Shown here piece by piece: positions 17,993-27,851 of a stretch of 64,000 nt of DNA. Within the stretch, counting starts at the first letter, position 1; each line of letters starts with the position of its first letter. The DNA is from Minisyncoccia bacterium (GTDB taxonomy: Bacteria; Patescibacteriota; Minisyncoccia; Phycocordibacterales; UBA9973): positions 281,319-345,318 of the forward strand of contig CBFHKH010000001.1 in NCBI GenBank assembly GCA_965656375.1, written 5' to 3'. Below the pieces are notes generated by a model that saw only the letters and a program-made list of their open reading frames with translations, made no database searches and was not told the origin of the DNA. The position numbers and the translations under genes were made by a program.

Positions 17993-18970
17993 TTACTTCA
18001 GTGTTATTCCGTATTCACCAAGAACCTTCTTGATCTCTTGTATACCTTTATCACCAATGCCTTCGATCTCAAGTAAATCCTCTTTCTTCTTACGTGCAAC
18101 GCCACCGATAGTACGGATATTTGCACCTGTAAGCGCATTTAGCGTGCGAGTAGAAAGATCAAGGGTATCAATACGAGTCTTTAATATATCAGTGAACTCA
18201 TTCCCGCCAGTAACTTCTTTTGATTCTTTGCTTTCTGCTGATTCAATTTCAGGCATTGAAGCTACATTTCTTTTTGACTCAATAGTAAATCCAACAATTG
18301 CCTGTAATTGTTCTACCATAATAGTGATAGCCTGTTCAAGTGCTTCACGAGGAGTCATCGTGCCGTCTGTTTCAATCGTCATGCGAAGGCGATTGTGATT
18401 AGTTTTATCACCAACACGCATGTTTTCTACTTCATAAGAAACACGACGAATCGGAGTAAAGATTGCATCTACAGCAATAGTGCCAACTTCTGTTTTGGCT
18501 TTTTGATGAACATCCTTTGGTACAAATCCAAGACCTTTTTCCACAACCATTTCAATAGAAAGAGTGTTCTTACCTGTAACCTCAGCAATGTGAAGATTCT
18601 TGTTCAGTACTTCTACTTGACCAGAAACTTCAATATCACCTGCAGTAACAGTCTTTGGTCCTTTGATTGAAAGTTTGACTGTCTGTGGCTCATCAGTTGT
18701 AAGGCGGAAACGAACCTGCTTGAGGTGAAGTAGTATTGTAATGACATCTTCCTTTACGCCATCAAGCACAGAGAATTCGTGATCAGCACCTTCAATTTTG
18801 AGACTTGTAATAGCAGCACCAGTAAGTGACGAGAGTATAATACGGCGAAGTGAATTGCCGAGGGTATGCCCATACCCAGGGTAAAGACCATCAATTTCAT
18901 AGACACCTTTTGTGTCTACTTCAGAAACGATAGATAATTTTGATGGTAATATGATATTTAGATCAGTCAT
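17993..18970 (-). CDS. rpoA: DNA-directed RNA polymerase alpha subunit
   Basis: NTD/CTD architecture, GNSLRRILLSS and C-terminal helix-hairpin-helix region. Confidence 0.92.
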   Translation of the reverse strand: MTDLNIILPSKLSIVSEVDTKGVYEIDGLYPGYGHTLGNSLRRIILSSLTGAAITSLKIEGADHEFSVLDGVKEDVITILLHLKQVRFRLTTDEPQTVKLSIKGPKTVTAGDIEVSGQVEVLNKNLHIAEVTGKNTLSIEMVVEKGLGFVPKDVHQKAKTEVGTIAVDAIFTPIRRVSYEVENMRVGDKTNHNRLRMTIETDGTMTPREALEQAITIMVEQLQAIVGFTIESKRNVASMPEIESAESKESKEVTGGNEFTDILKTRIDTLDLSTRTLNALTGANIRTIGGVARKKKEDLLEIEGIGDKGIQEIKKVLGEYGITLK

Positions 18971-19031
18971 ATGTATATAAAGCTATAAAGCTTGCAAATT
19001 AATTATAAAAAATTAACCGATGCGTATGTCT

Positions 19032-19640
19032 TTAACGACTATAGAACTCAAGCACAGTGTTAAGGTCAAGGTAGCCTTCTACATTTTTTGGCTTGCCTTG
19101 CACTACTCCAGATAATTTCTCAACATCAAAAGTAAGCCAGTTCGGAAGTGTATACTCTTTCATTTTCTTTGCCATATCAGCGAATAAGACACTTTTTTGA
19201 CTTCCTGGACGAACTGCGATCACATCTCCAACTTTTACTTTCTGTGAAGCAATCGTAGTTTTCTTGCCATTTACAGTAATGTGCCCATGGGAGACCATTT
19301 GTCGTGAAAGTCTGCGAGTATGCGCAAGGCCGTAACGGTACACAACGTTATCGAGACGTGTTTCGAGAAGTTCAAAAAGATGTTCAGTTGCTGGTGCACC
19401 TTTGAAAGCAACAGCTTCGTTGATGTAGTTTTGGAATTGCTTTTCACTGATTCCATACATAAAACGAACTTTCTGTTTTTCAACGAATTGAAGTGCGTAG
19501 CCAGAAAGTTGCTTTGGGCGCTTGCTTTTTGAAGCCTTAGCATGGCGAGCTTCAGACGCAACGAACTTTGGTGTTTGACATTTTTCAAATACTCCTGGTC
19601 CTAGACGTCTGCACATTTTATATTTTTGAACTGTTTTCAT
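19032..19640 (-). CDS. rpsD: 30S ribosomal protein S4
   Basis: CRRLG, S4 RNA-binding domain (LDNVVYRYGLAHTRRLSRQMVSHGHITVNGKK). Confidence 0.9.
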   Translation of the reverse strand: MKTVQKYKMCRRLGPGVFEKCQTPKFVASEARHAKASKSKRPKQLSGYALQFVEKQKVRFMYGISEKQFQNYINEAVAFKGAPATEHLFELLETRLDNVVYRYGLAHTRRLSRQMVSHGHITVNGKKTTIASQKVKVGDVIAVRPGSQKSVLFADMAKKMKEYTLPNWLTFDVEKLSGVVQGKPKNVEGYLDLNTVLEFYSR

Positions 19641-19657
19641 ATGTATTGTTTAAAAAA

Positions 19658-20110
19658 TTATACTCGGCGAGGCTTTTTTGGCTTTGGGCCATTGTGTGGC
19701 ACTGGGGTAACATCTCGAACACCTGTAATCTCTATATCGTATGCCATAAATGCGCGAATTGTTGGCTCACGGCCTGATCCGACGCCGGTAACTTTCACAT
19801 CAACTTCGCGAATTCCAAGAGCTTTTGCTTTCTCTCCAATAATTGATCCTGCTTTAGAAGCTGCGAATGGGGTGCCTTTTTTTGCACCTTTAAATCCAAG
19901 TGAGCCAGCTGAGGTCCAAAAGATAGTATTACCTTCCTTGTCTGAAAGTACAACTTTTGTATTGTTAAATGTCGCTTCAACGTGAAGTGTTCCTGCAACG
20001 ATCTTTTTCTTCGGAACTTTAACTCCAGATTTTGGTGCGCTTTCAACAAGAGTGACATCATTGTCTCCATTCTTTTCTTCTTCTTTAGTTATGATTTTTA
20101 CCTTTCCCAT
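19658..20110 (-). CDS. rpsK: 30S ribosomal protein S11
   Basis: NNTKVVLSD..GN..WTSAGSLGFKG...A; C-terminal VTPVPHNG..P. Confidence 0.9.
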   Translation of the reverse strand: MGKVKIITKEEEKNGDNDVTLVESAPKSGVKVPKKKIVAGTLHVEATFNNTKVVLSDKEGNTIFWTSAGSLGFKGAKKGTPFAASKAGSIIGEKAKALGIREVDVKVTGVGSGREPTIRAFMAYDIEITGVRDVTPVPHNGPKPKKPRRV

Positions 20111-20115
20111 ATTAA

Positions 20116-20496
20116 TTATGTTTTACTTTCCTTACGGCGACCAGATGCCATTGTTTTACGAACATTACCACGGATAGTACGAGAGTTTGTTTTTGTTCTC
20201 TGTCCATTAACTGGAAGGCGGCGCATATGACGAACTCCACGGTAGGCTTTGATGTCTTTTAAACGCTTGATGTTTGAAGCGATTTCACGCTTGAGACCAC
20301 CTTCGATAGACATAGTTTCGATGACCTTGCGGATTGCGTTTTCTTGGTCGACAGTGAGAGAATCGGCTTTGATAGTTGGATCAATATCTACTTCTTTGAG
20401 TATTGAACGTGCTCGTGAAATACCGATACCGTAGAGCGATGTAAGACCAATGTCTAAATGTTTGTTATTTGGAATGTTGATACCTAAAATTCTCAT
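20116..20496 (-). CDS. rpsM: 30S ribosomal protein S13
   Basis: MRILGINIP..K....LTSLYGIG, AYRGVRHMRRLPV. Confidence 0.92.
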   Translation of the reverse strand: MRILGINIPNNKHLDIGLTSLYGIGISRARSILKEVDIDPTIKADSLTVDQENAIRKVIETMSIEGGLKREIASNIKRLKDIKAYRGVRHMRRLPVNGQRTKTNSRTIRGNVRKTMASGRRKESKT

Positions 20497-20511
20497 AATT
20501 ATAATTTTTGA

Positions 20512-20625
20512 TTATTGCTTCTGTTTATGCTTAGGGTTTGAGCAAATAACACGAAGATGACCCTCGCGCTTCACAAGTTTACATTTTGCACAAATTTTTT
20601 TAACTGCTGATTTAATCTTCATAAT
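20512..20625 (-). CDS. rpmJ: 50S ribosomal protein L36 (37 aa; the supplied 60-aa ORF is an upstream in-frame extension)
   Basis: [36 protein letters not shown] with C-x2-C...C-x4-H zinc ribbon. Confidence 0.85.
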   Translation of the reverse strand: MMKIKSAVKKICAKCKLVKREGHLRVICSNPKHKQKQ

Positions 20626-20738
20626 TACCTTAATGCGAAAGAAAAACAGAGGGTTTTCACCCTGTATCAATGTCTTATGCGTATGTCGTACCATAGTACA
20701 CTATCCTCAGAAAAAAGGCAAGGGGCACTTGTGTCTGC

Positions 20739-20954
20739 CTAGTTTCTCTTTATGATTCGTCCTTTTCCGCCATATGGATCAAGAAGGACTTCTACTTTAT
20801 CACCTACTAATACCTTGATACGATGCATGCGCATCTTCCCTGCAAGATATGTGATGATGACATTGCCATCACCAATATCAACGCGAAAAAGTGTGTTCGG
20901 AAGTGCTTCAGTAACGGTACCTATCACTGTATTATTTTCGTCTTTTTGATTCAT
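20739..20954 (-). CDS. infA: translation initiation factor IF-1
   Basis: S1-like OB fold; GKMRMHRIKVLVGDKVEVLLDPYGGKGRIIKR. Confidence 0.9.
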   Translation of the reverse strand: MNQKDENNTVIGTVTEALPNTLFRVDIGDGNVIITYLAGKMRMHRIKVLVGDKVEVLLDPYGGKGRIIKRN

Positions 20955-20996
20955 TAGTGTGTTTATATAGTACTAAAATGTAACTCGTCCGTCAAA

Positions 20997-22487
20997 CTAC
21001 AATGCGGTTACATGTATTTTTGAAATATCAGTCGGGAGGGATTTCTGCCATGGTGGGAAGAGCGTTGCACGCGCTTCGGCAATACCGGGATCAGTTTTAA
21101 AAAGTGATGGCAACATATCTTTTGAAACTCCTACTATTCGTGCTTTAAAATTCTCTATATCAGGGTGCCAAATTGCCGTTGCCTTCCCCGTTAAATTAAA
21201 TGCAACAGTATGCATATCTTTAGTAATGATCTGATTTTCATTCAAGAATGAGAATTTAAGTTTTGCTATTTCTGGTATATCAATTTCCTTTCGTTCAATA
21301 GTGCCGATGCTAGATAATTTATTTTTGATGAGAGCATCTTCTAAATCACTTTCTTTGAAAATTATTGCGGCAAGCGTCCCAGTGATACCGACGGTAGCTT
21401 CGGGGGTTGAAGATCTCACTGCCTCATCGACAGTATAAGTAAAGGTAAATGCATCAGGATAGAGAATATATCCTTTTGGTACCTCTGCATTTACTTTCTT
21501 TATTAGTCTACTTTTAAAAGTTGATTGTGCTGTTGCGCTTACATTTCCCTTCTCGGTTGCACCAAGGATATAGGCAAGTCCTTGTGCACCGCCCTTGATA
21601 GGCTGTACTGCTTTCGCATATATTTTCTTGAATTTAGTTGTACCTTTGTAGGCAGAGATTGTAAAATCAGTCGAAGTGCTATTGTAGGCATCTCCGGGTA
21701 GAAATGCAGTTATCCTAACATCTACAGTCCCCGGAATTATTTGAGTGCCAGAAGTTTTATATCCAGGAATTGTAACTTTAGTATCAGTGAGGTAGGTTTT
21801 GCCATTTGCATCTGCCAAATGAGAACGCGGAGCAATAGTAACAGGCGTCGTACTGAATTCATTATAGAGGGTTACTGTACCTGTTGCATTACGTTTGGCA
21901 TCTTCAGTTTCTGTTAAAACAATATTCTTAGCATCACTATCAGTGACAATCATTATTTCAAATGAGATATCGGTATCAGTATTTTTTGAGGCTATGAATT
22001 CTGTAGCGTCGAGAACAAGCTCTTCATGTTTCTCTTGTATGACAACAGTTGTTCTTTCAAAATACATTGCGCCATGATAAAGAACCGCTAGGAGTATTGA
22101 AAACATAAAAAGGAAAACTATAGATTTGCGGACACTTTTCTTGTTTCCTCTCATTCGTGGAGTTCCTGTAAGCCGCTTAACAGGTTCTTCCTTTCTTATT
22201 TCGATAGTATCTCGAGGTACTTTTGCTTGCCATCCAGATGTAAAGACTGCAGCTTTTTGTAATGATTCTCTGTCAGAAAATCCTTTCTCAGAAGTTTCAG
22301 TTGGGATCTGGACGACTTCGCGTGCAGGCATTTCTTTCTCTTGTGGTTTTATTTGGACAGGAGGTACTCCGCGTACTTTCTCTAACTCAATTCTGCTCGG
22401 TGTACCTGGAGCTTTAATTTCCGTATTTGAAGCTTTTACGTTTTTTCTGCTTGTAAGCTTCATATCCATCATTATTTTCTTTGACAT
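20997..22487 (-). CDS. hypothetical bitopic membrane protein (about 115-aa basic cytoplasmic N-terminus, one TM, about 360-aa external domain); possibly PilN/PilO-like partner of the adjacent ATPase
   Basis: topology only; directly downstream of and near-overlapping the actin-like ATPase gene. Confidence 0.45.
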   Translation of the reverse strand: MSKKIMMDMKLTSRKNVKASNTEIKAPGTPSRIELEKVRGVPPVQIKPQEKEMPAREVVQIPTETSEKGFSDRESLQKAAVFTSGWQAKVPRDTIEIRKEEPVKRLTGTPRMRGNKKSVRKSIVFLFMFSILLAVLYHGAMYFERTTVVIQEKHEELVLDATEFIASKNTDTDISFEIMIVTDSDAKNIVLTETEDAKRNATGTVTLYNEFSTTPVTIAPRSHLADANGKTYLTDTKVTIPGYKTSGTQIIPGTVDVRITAFLPGDAYNSTSTDFTISAYKGTTKFKKIYAKAVQPIKGGAQGLAYILGATEKGNVSATAQSTFKSRLIKKVNAEVPKGYILYPDAFTFTYTVDEAVRSSTPEATVGITGTLAAIIFKESDLEDALIKNKLSSIGTIERKEIDIPEIAKLKFSFLNENQIITKDMHTVAFNLTGKATAIWHPDIENFKARIVGVSKDMLPSLFKTDPGIAEARATLFPPWQKSLPTDISKIHVTAL

Positions 22488-22488
22488 A

Positions 22489-23673
22489 TTATTTATATTC
22501 TTTCTTTCTCATTATTGCTATTGCTTCTATCATCAAGAATGGATCACAGAGTCCATCTTTGACTCTACACATATTCAAAAATTCTGGACCTTCAAGAGTT
22601 ACCACTGTAGAGGTATGATCGGCAACCATTGACTGAATATATTCTTCATTGCGTACAACGTTTGCAAACCAATCACGAATATCGTTATCAGCAGTGAGGA
22701 ATATTGTCCCTGGTAGTGTGAGCGTATGGGGAAGCGTGCCAATACACTGGCGAAACGCTTCACTCCATGAATTTTCAATTGATTTAAAAAGTGGGCCGAG
22801 TTTATCTTTAAATTTCTCTGATATCACACCTTTTGTATGGAGCGCAAATAATTCTTTTGCATCACGGAGCTCTATCTCAAGTTTGCTACACATATATTTA
22901 AAAAATGTCTTCTTTCCAAAAGGAAATGAGAGCGTCGCCCGTAGTATCCCTTTTGACACAATGCCAACATCTGTGATTTCACCATTAATATCAAGCAAGA
23001 GATAAGAATCTGGAGTCACATACCTGTCACGAACAGCGATAAATGATGCAACCATAAATGAAGAGAATGTGACTGGTTTTGAGTGATATGTTTTTGAAAG
23101 TGTTTTTTTAATTCTTTCAAGACATATCTTTGGAGAAAGCGAAATAATCATATTCATTTCAATAGCTTTAGTCTTTTTTCCGAATGGATCAAGCACTGGA
23201 TAGCCATTGAGTGATACCCCCATAATATGGTGCTCTATTACTTCAGGTGCGCTCTCTACTCCACCATATTTTTTTTGGTACATTTCGGTGAGTGATACAA
23301 TTTCTTTTTGAAAGAGTTCATCTCCGAGGCGCCTTGTAAATACGAATGGAACTTCTTTAGACATCTTGATCGTTCGAGTTTCTGATATATACCATGGAGA
23401 TGCAACTACACAGACAATCTCATCAGGTGCACCTAGCTTTGCTTTATATAGTTCTGATGCGGTTGTATTAAGTGCGGTAAGCATATCACTCAAGAATATA
23501 TTGAAGTCGAGCACATTTTGAAATGTAATCTGAGTGCGAGCAGACTTTATAATTTCAGGAACTCCGGTACCATCATCTGGTATACGAGCGAGAGCTCCAC
23601 CAACAGATCCTGAACCAATATCGAAAATCGCCACGAGGCGCTCTTTGTGTGATGATGAAGAAAACAATCCCAT
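22489..23673 (-). CDS. actin-like (ASKHA) ATPase, PilM/FtsA-like
   Basis: phosphate-1 AIFDIGSGSVGGAL and phosphate-2 LLLDINGEITDVGIV (DIGGGTTD-type) motifs; a bona fide FtsA is encoded separately at 41873. Confidence 0.5.
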   Translation of the reverse strand: MGLFSSSSHKERLVAIFDIGSGSVGGALARIPDDGTGVPEIIKSARTQITFQNVLDFNIFLSDMLTALNTTASELYKAKLGAPDEIVCVVASPWYISETRTIKMSKEVPFVFTRRLGDELFQKEIVSLTEMYQKKYGGVESAPEVIEHHIMGVSLNGYPVLDPFGKKTKAIEMNMIISLSPKICLERIKKTLSKTYHSKPVTFSSFMVASFIAVRDRYVTPDSYLLLDINGEITDVGIVSKGILRATLSFPFGKKTFFKYMCSKLEIELRDAKELFALHTKGVISEKFKDKLGPLFKSIENSWSEAFRQCIGTLPHTLTLPGTIFLTADNDIRDWFANVVRNEEYIQSMVADHTSTVVTLEGPEFLNMCRVKDGLCDPFLMIEAIAIMRKKEYK

Positions 23674-23724
23674 AGGATTATTATACTATAGTTTAATATA
23701 AAATATCTATATATTTGAGAGTAA

Positions 23725-25371
23725 TTAACTGAGTATCGCTTTAATACGACGTATACCTTGTGCGACAGCTTCTTCTTTTTGTATTTTGAAATGTCCGAGC
23801 TCACTTGTGTTGGATACATGAGGACCTCCACAGAACTCTTTAGAAATCGGATTTCCATCCTCGTCTTCAATAAAATAAAGAGATACAGTCTCCGGATATT
23901 TCGCTCCGAATTCCATTTCAGCACCTAGTTTCTCCGCTTCATGAAGCGGCATCTCTTTACGAACTACTGCCAATCCTTGAGAAATTTTATCATTTACCCA
24001 CTTTTCTACTGCCATTTTTTCTTCATCAGTAAGCTTATGGTCACATAAAAAATCGATTCTCAAACGCTCTTCCGTGATATTACTTCCCCGCTGTTTGATA
24101 CTCGAACTTACAACTGCTTGAAGCGCTGCAAGGAGCAAGTGGTGTGCAGTGTGCAGTTTGATGGTTTTGGGTTCATGGTTCGCAAGTCCACCTTTGAACA
24201 TCCCCGCGGACGCAGTTTGAGAAAGCTTCTGATGTTCAGTCATTTTTGCAGTAAATGCTTCTTTATCTATATGGATACCTTTTTCTCTTGCTAATTCTTC
24301 GGTTAGTTCGATTGGAAATCCGTAAGTGGTAGCTAAAACAAACGGATCTGTACCTTTTTCAAACTCCTTAAGACCTGTTTCGAGAGTTTTTCGAAATTTT
24401 TCTTCTTCTTTTTGTATTTCGTCCTTCTCATCAAGAACATACACACTAGCATACATTTTTTTTATCATTTCAATCTGGCCAATAAGAGGTTCTTTTGAAA
24501 ATTTTACTGCGCGACGAATAAGCCGGCGAAGTACATACCCTCTGCCAGTGTTACCTGGAATAACTCCATCTGAAATCATAAAGAGTGCTGCTTTAACATG
24601 ATCCGCAACAATCCGTTCTTCCTTAGATTTTTCCGTATTAAATACATCAGTATCATATACACTTTTCTTGTTCTGCACAGTTGCAAGTAATCGTTCGAAG
24701 CCCATTCCAGTATCAATCCCAAGTGTATCTAGTTTTTTTAGGGTAGCTTCCCCGCGATCAAGTTTCTCTCGAGAGCCATCGCAAAAATATTCATTAAAGA
24801 CAATATTCCATATCTCCACATCATCGCCATTTGCATTCTTGCAATAAATCTCGGTTGTCGGACCGCATGGGCCTGAGTCTCCAGTCGGACCCCAGAATAC
24901 ATCACTTCCGTCTTCACGAATATCAAGATTCGGATCTATGCGTGCCCAGATATTTTTTGATTCTTCATCCTTAGGAACTACACCTTCACCTTTATAGAAG
25001 GTTACATACGAAATACGTAATCCTAATTCCTTGGTTATGAATTCATGCGCATACTCTATCGCTTCCTTTCTCCCATATCCACCAAATGAGAAGTTCCCGA
25101 GCATTTCAAAGAATGAAAGATGTGTATCATCCCCCACTTCATCAATATCACCTGTACGGACGCATTTTTGTGCAGTTACAATATTTTTATTACCAAAATC
25201 TTTAATAGCATTATCAGGTGCACCATAATACGGTTTGAATTGTTGCATTCCTGCAGTCGTAAACAATACAGAAATATCACCTTCTGGAACAAGAGATGAT
25301 GAAGGGAGCCGTGTATGACCTTTTGATTCAAAGAATGAAAGGAATTTCTCGCGTAATTCGTTTGATTGCAT
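23725..25371 (-). CDS. alaS: alanyl-tRNA synthetase, short form (catalytic + editing domains, no C-Ala domain)
   Basis: N-terminal FTTAGMQQFKP class II core; editing HTAHHLL...CGGPHV motifs; 548 aa vs about 870 for canonical. Confidence 0.85.
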   Translation of the reverse strand: MQSNELREKFLSFFESKGHTRLPSSSLVPEGDISVLFTTAGMQQFKPYYGAPDNAIKDFGNKNIVTAQKCVRTGDIDEVGDDTHLSFFEMLGNFSFGGYGRKEAIEYAHEFITKELGLRISYVTFYKGEGVVPKDEESKNIWARIDPNLDIREDGSDVFWGPTGDSGPCGPTTEIYCKNANGDDVEIWNIVFNEYFCDGSREKLDRGEATLKKLDTLGIDTGMGFERLLATVQNKKSVYDTDVFNTEKSKEERIVADHVKAALFMISDGVIPGNTGRGYVLRRLIRRAVKFSKEPLIGQIEMIKKMYASVYVLDEKDEIQKEEEKFRKTLETGLKEFEKGTDPFVLATTYGFPIELTEELAREKGIHIDKEAFTAKMTEHQKLSQTASAGMFKGGLANHEPKTIKLHTAHHLLLAALQAVVSSSIKQRGSNITEERLRIDFLCDHKLTDEEKMAVEKWVNDKISQGLAVVRKEMPLHEAEKLGAEMEFGAKYPETVSLYFIEDEDGNPISKEFCGGPHVSNTSELGHFKIQKEEAVAQGIRRIKAILS

Positions 25372-25400
25372 ACACCCATACTATACCAAAACATGAGAAC

Positions 25401-25433
25401 AGAAAAGCCCTTCTCTTTAAAAGGGCGTTTGTT
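25401..25433 (-). terminator. intrinsic terminator downstream of the mgtC-family gene
   Basis: gccctt-ctcttta-aagggc followed by T-run on the minus strand. Confidence 0.5.
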
Positions 25434-25436
25434 GTC

Positions 25437-25934
25437 TTAATGTTCTCCAGGAGATGATTCTTTAAAAAGTTTTGTTTTTCTAAACTGTTCCTCGAGGAAC
25501 CAGAGTACGATAAATATAAACAAGGTCAGAAATGTAGCAATGATGGCGATTTTGTACGCACCAAAGCCAGATGCCATACCGATACCAGCCGAAACCCAGA
25601 GCCCTGTTGCAGTTGTGAGACCCATAAGCTTGTTGTCCTTTGTAAATATCAATCCAGTTCCTATAAAACCGACACCGACAATTATCTGTGCTACGATATG
25701 AAGTGGATTCATACCTGGAACATTCATGTATGTTTGAACCATTTGTTCAGACACCACTACAAATAACGCTGAACCCATAGCTACGAGTGCATAGGTGCGC
25801 ATACCAGCAGTTTTGTGAGCCCACACACGCTCAGTGCCGATAATGAGACCCAATACTACCGCAACAAAAAGCCGTATAATAATTTCCATCGTTGCCCCAT
25901 CAAAAAAATTTTCCATATGGAGTAAGTATACCAA
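25437..25934 (-). CDS. MgtC/SapB family membrane protein
   Basis: LGLIIGTERVWAHKTAGMRTYALVAMGSALF signature. Confidence 0.8.
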   Translation of the reverse strand: MVYLLHMENFFDGATMEIIIRLFVAVVLGLIIGTERVWAHKTAGMRTYALVAMGSALFVVVSEQMVQTYMNVPGMNPLHIVAQIIVGVGFIGTGLIFTKDNKLMGLTTATGLWVSAGIGMASGFGAYKIAIIATFLTLFIFIVLWFLEEQFRKTKLFKESSPGEH

Positions 25935-25938
25935 ACAA

Positions 25939-27009
25939 TTACATAACTACGCCACCGCCCACGCAGATATCCCCATCATAAAGAACTATAGATTGACCAG
26001 GTGAAACTATAGTAGGTTTATGAAATAAAATAGTGGTATTTTCTATTGTGCATGGTAGTTCTTCTCCATGGTAGCGAATTTGAGCTCTGTATACCTTATT
26101 CTCTTGTGGATTACTAGAAATCCAATTTATTTTTTGCAATTTGAATGATTGCGTATCGGTATCACCACCGACTGCTATAGCTGAGTGTGGTGATACTGTT
26201 ATAGTATTTTTTTCTATATCTTTTGCTACAACATAGAGCGGTCCATCATCATTAGAATGCTTCGTAATTGTAAACCCATGTCGTTCTCCAAGAGTGAAAA
26301 ATACAGCTCCTCTGTGGGAACCCACGACCTCTCCATTTTCGCCAAGAACAACACCTATTTTTTCAGGGATGTAATGCTTCAAAAAAGATTTCATATCGAG
26401 CGGTCCAAGGAAACAGACTCCTTGGCTATCTTTCTTTGTTGCAGTTGGTAAGCCATATTTTTCTGCAAGCTTTCTTACTTCTTTCTTTTCTAGATGCCCA
26501 ATAGGAAAAAGTGTATGGGACAGATCATCTTGCGTTAGTGTCCATAAAAAATATGATTGATCTTTATCCTTGTCTGGGGATCTTTTGAGAAAAGAATTGT
26601 CATTGATTGCATAGTGTCCCGTCGCAATAGCATCTGCACCATGTGCTTTTGCAAAATTCCAAAAAATACCGAATTTCACTTCACGATTACACATAACATC
26701 TGGGTTAGGAGTATTACCCTTTTTGTATTCTTCGATCATATAGTCTGCTACTCCTTTCTTATAAGCATCCTCTGCATCACACTCAAGAAATGGAATCGAG
26801 AGATGAGCGCAGACACGCATCGCATCGCGCCGCTCATCGCGCCATGTACACTCAATGAAATCTGGTTGCCAGGTGCGAATAAAAACACCAACTACATCGT
26901 AGCCTTGATCCTTAAGGAGCGCTGCAGATACAGATGAATCAACTCCACCTGATACGCCTATAAATACGGTTTTATGTATCCTCTCTGCCATCTCGCAAAT
27001 ATACCACAT
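25939..27009 (-). CDS. mnmA: tRNA-specific 2-thiouridylase MnmA
   Basis: PP-loop SGGVDSS, catalytic Cys region, overall MnmA length; start may be the internal MAERIH. Confidence 0.9.
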   Translation of the reverse strand: MWYICEMAERIHKTVFIGVSGGVDSSVSAALLKDQGYDVVGVFIRTWQPDFIECTWRDERRDAMRVCAHLSIPFLECDAEDAYKKGVADYMIEEYKKGNTPNPDVMCNREVKFGIFWNFAKAHGADAIATGHYAINDNSFLKRSPDKDKDQSYFLWTLTQDDLSHTLFPIGHLEKKEVRKLAEKYGLPTATKKDSQGVCFLGPLDMKSFLKHYIPEKIGVVLGENGEVVGSHRGAVFFTLGERHGFTITKHSNDDGPLYVVAKDIEKNTITVSPHSAIAVGGDTDTQSFKLQKINWISSNPQENKVYRAQIRYHGEELPCTIENTTILFHKPTIVSPGQSIVLYDGDICVGGGVVM

Positions 27010-27851
27010 GGAAGCAGTTTGTCTGAGCCCGATTGCTCGATTGTAAGTTCACCTATTTCGATACTCCCTTTCTTCCCTTCCATCATGTCATTCAAATTAT
27101 TCTGATATGCAATTGGTGAGTAACCTGCAGTGTAGCCGTTAATAAGAATAAATAATGGATCATCAGTTAATATACCCTTACAAAGTTTCATAAGTTCCAG
27201 GAAATGCTCTTCAATCTTCCAGAGTTCGTCTTTTGGCCCATGCCCAAAAGATGGCGGGTCCATTATAATCGCATCATATCTGTTACCTCGTTTAATCTCT
27301 CGTTTCAAGAAAAGTATGCAATCTTCAACGATCCATCGTATTGGCTTGTCTTGGAGGCCTGAGAGTGCAGCATTATCTCGTGCCCATGCTACTGCAGTTT
27401 TCGACCCATCTACATGGCATACTTCTGCACCTGCTTTTGCAGCTGCGAGAGTCGCTCCTCCCGTGTATGCAAATAAATTGAGGACTTTGATTGGTCTCTT
27501 GTACAACCCTTGATTCTTTTTTATAACTTCTTCTGTCCACTGCCAATTAGGAAGCTGCTCTGGGAAAAGTCCTGTGTGTTTAAAAGATGAAGGCGCAATT
27601 CGGAAAGTAAGACCACCTAATTCTATGGTCCAATTTTTAGGAACTCCCTCTTTTATATTCCACTTTGTGCGAGTACCCTTTCGAACAAATACAAGATCGG
27701 CATTATTCCACATATCGCTACTCTGTGATCTCTGCCACAGCGCCTCTGGATCAGGACGGAGAAATATATAGGGGCCATAGCGTTCAAGCTTCTGTCCCAT
27801 ACCTGCATCAATGAGTTCATAATCTTTTTCTTTTGTAGTTTTAAGTATCAT
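26958..27851 (-). CDS. class I SAM-dependent RNA methyltransferase, RlmI/YccW-like core
   Basis: LNLFAYTGGATL (motif I) and IIMDPPSFGHG (motif IV DPPxF); overlaps the mnmA start. Confidence 0.55.
   Translation of the reverse strand: MILKTTKEKDYELIDAGMGQKLERYGPYIFLRPDPEALWQRSQSSDMWNNADLVFVRKGTRTKWNIKEGVPKNWTIELGGLTFRIAPSSFKHTGLFPEQLPNWQWTEEVIKKNQGLYKRPIKVLNLFAYTGGATLAAAKAGAEVCHVDGSKTAVAWARDNAALSGLQDKPIRWIVEDCILFLKREIKRGNRYDAIIMDPPSFGHGPKDELWKIEEHFLELMKLCKGILTDDPLFILINGYTAGYSPIAYQNNLNDMMEGKKGSIEIGELTIEQSGSDKLLPCGIFARWQRGYIKPYL

Noticed and set aside
20512-20694. 60-aa version of the rpmJ ORF
   Set aside because: L36 is about 37-38 aa. The conserved sequence starts at the internal MKIKSAVKK, and the upstream 23 codons are likely non-coding leader.
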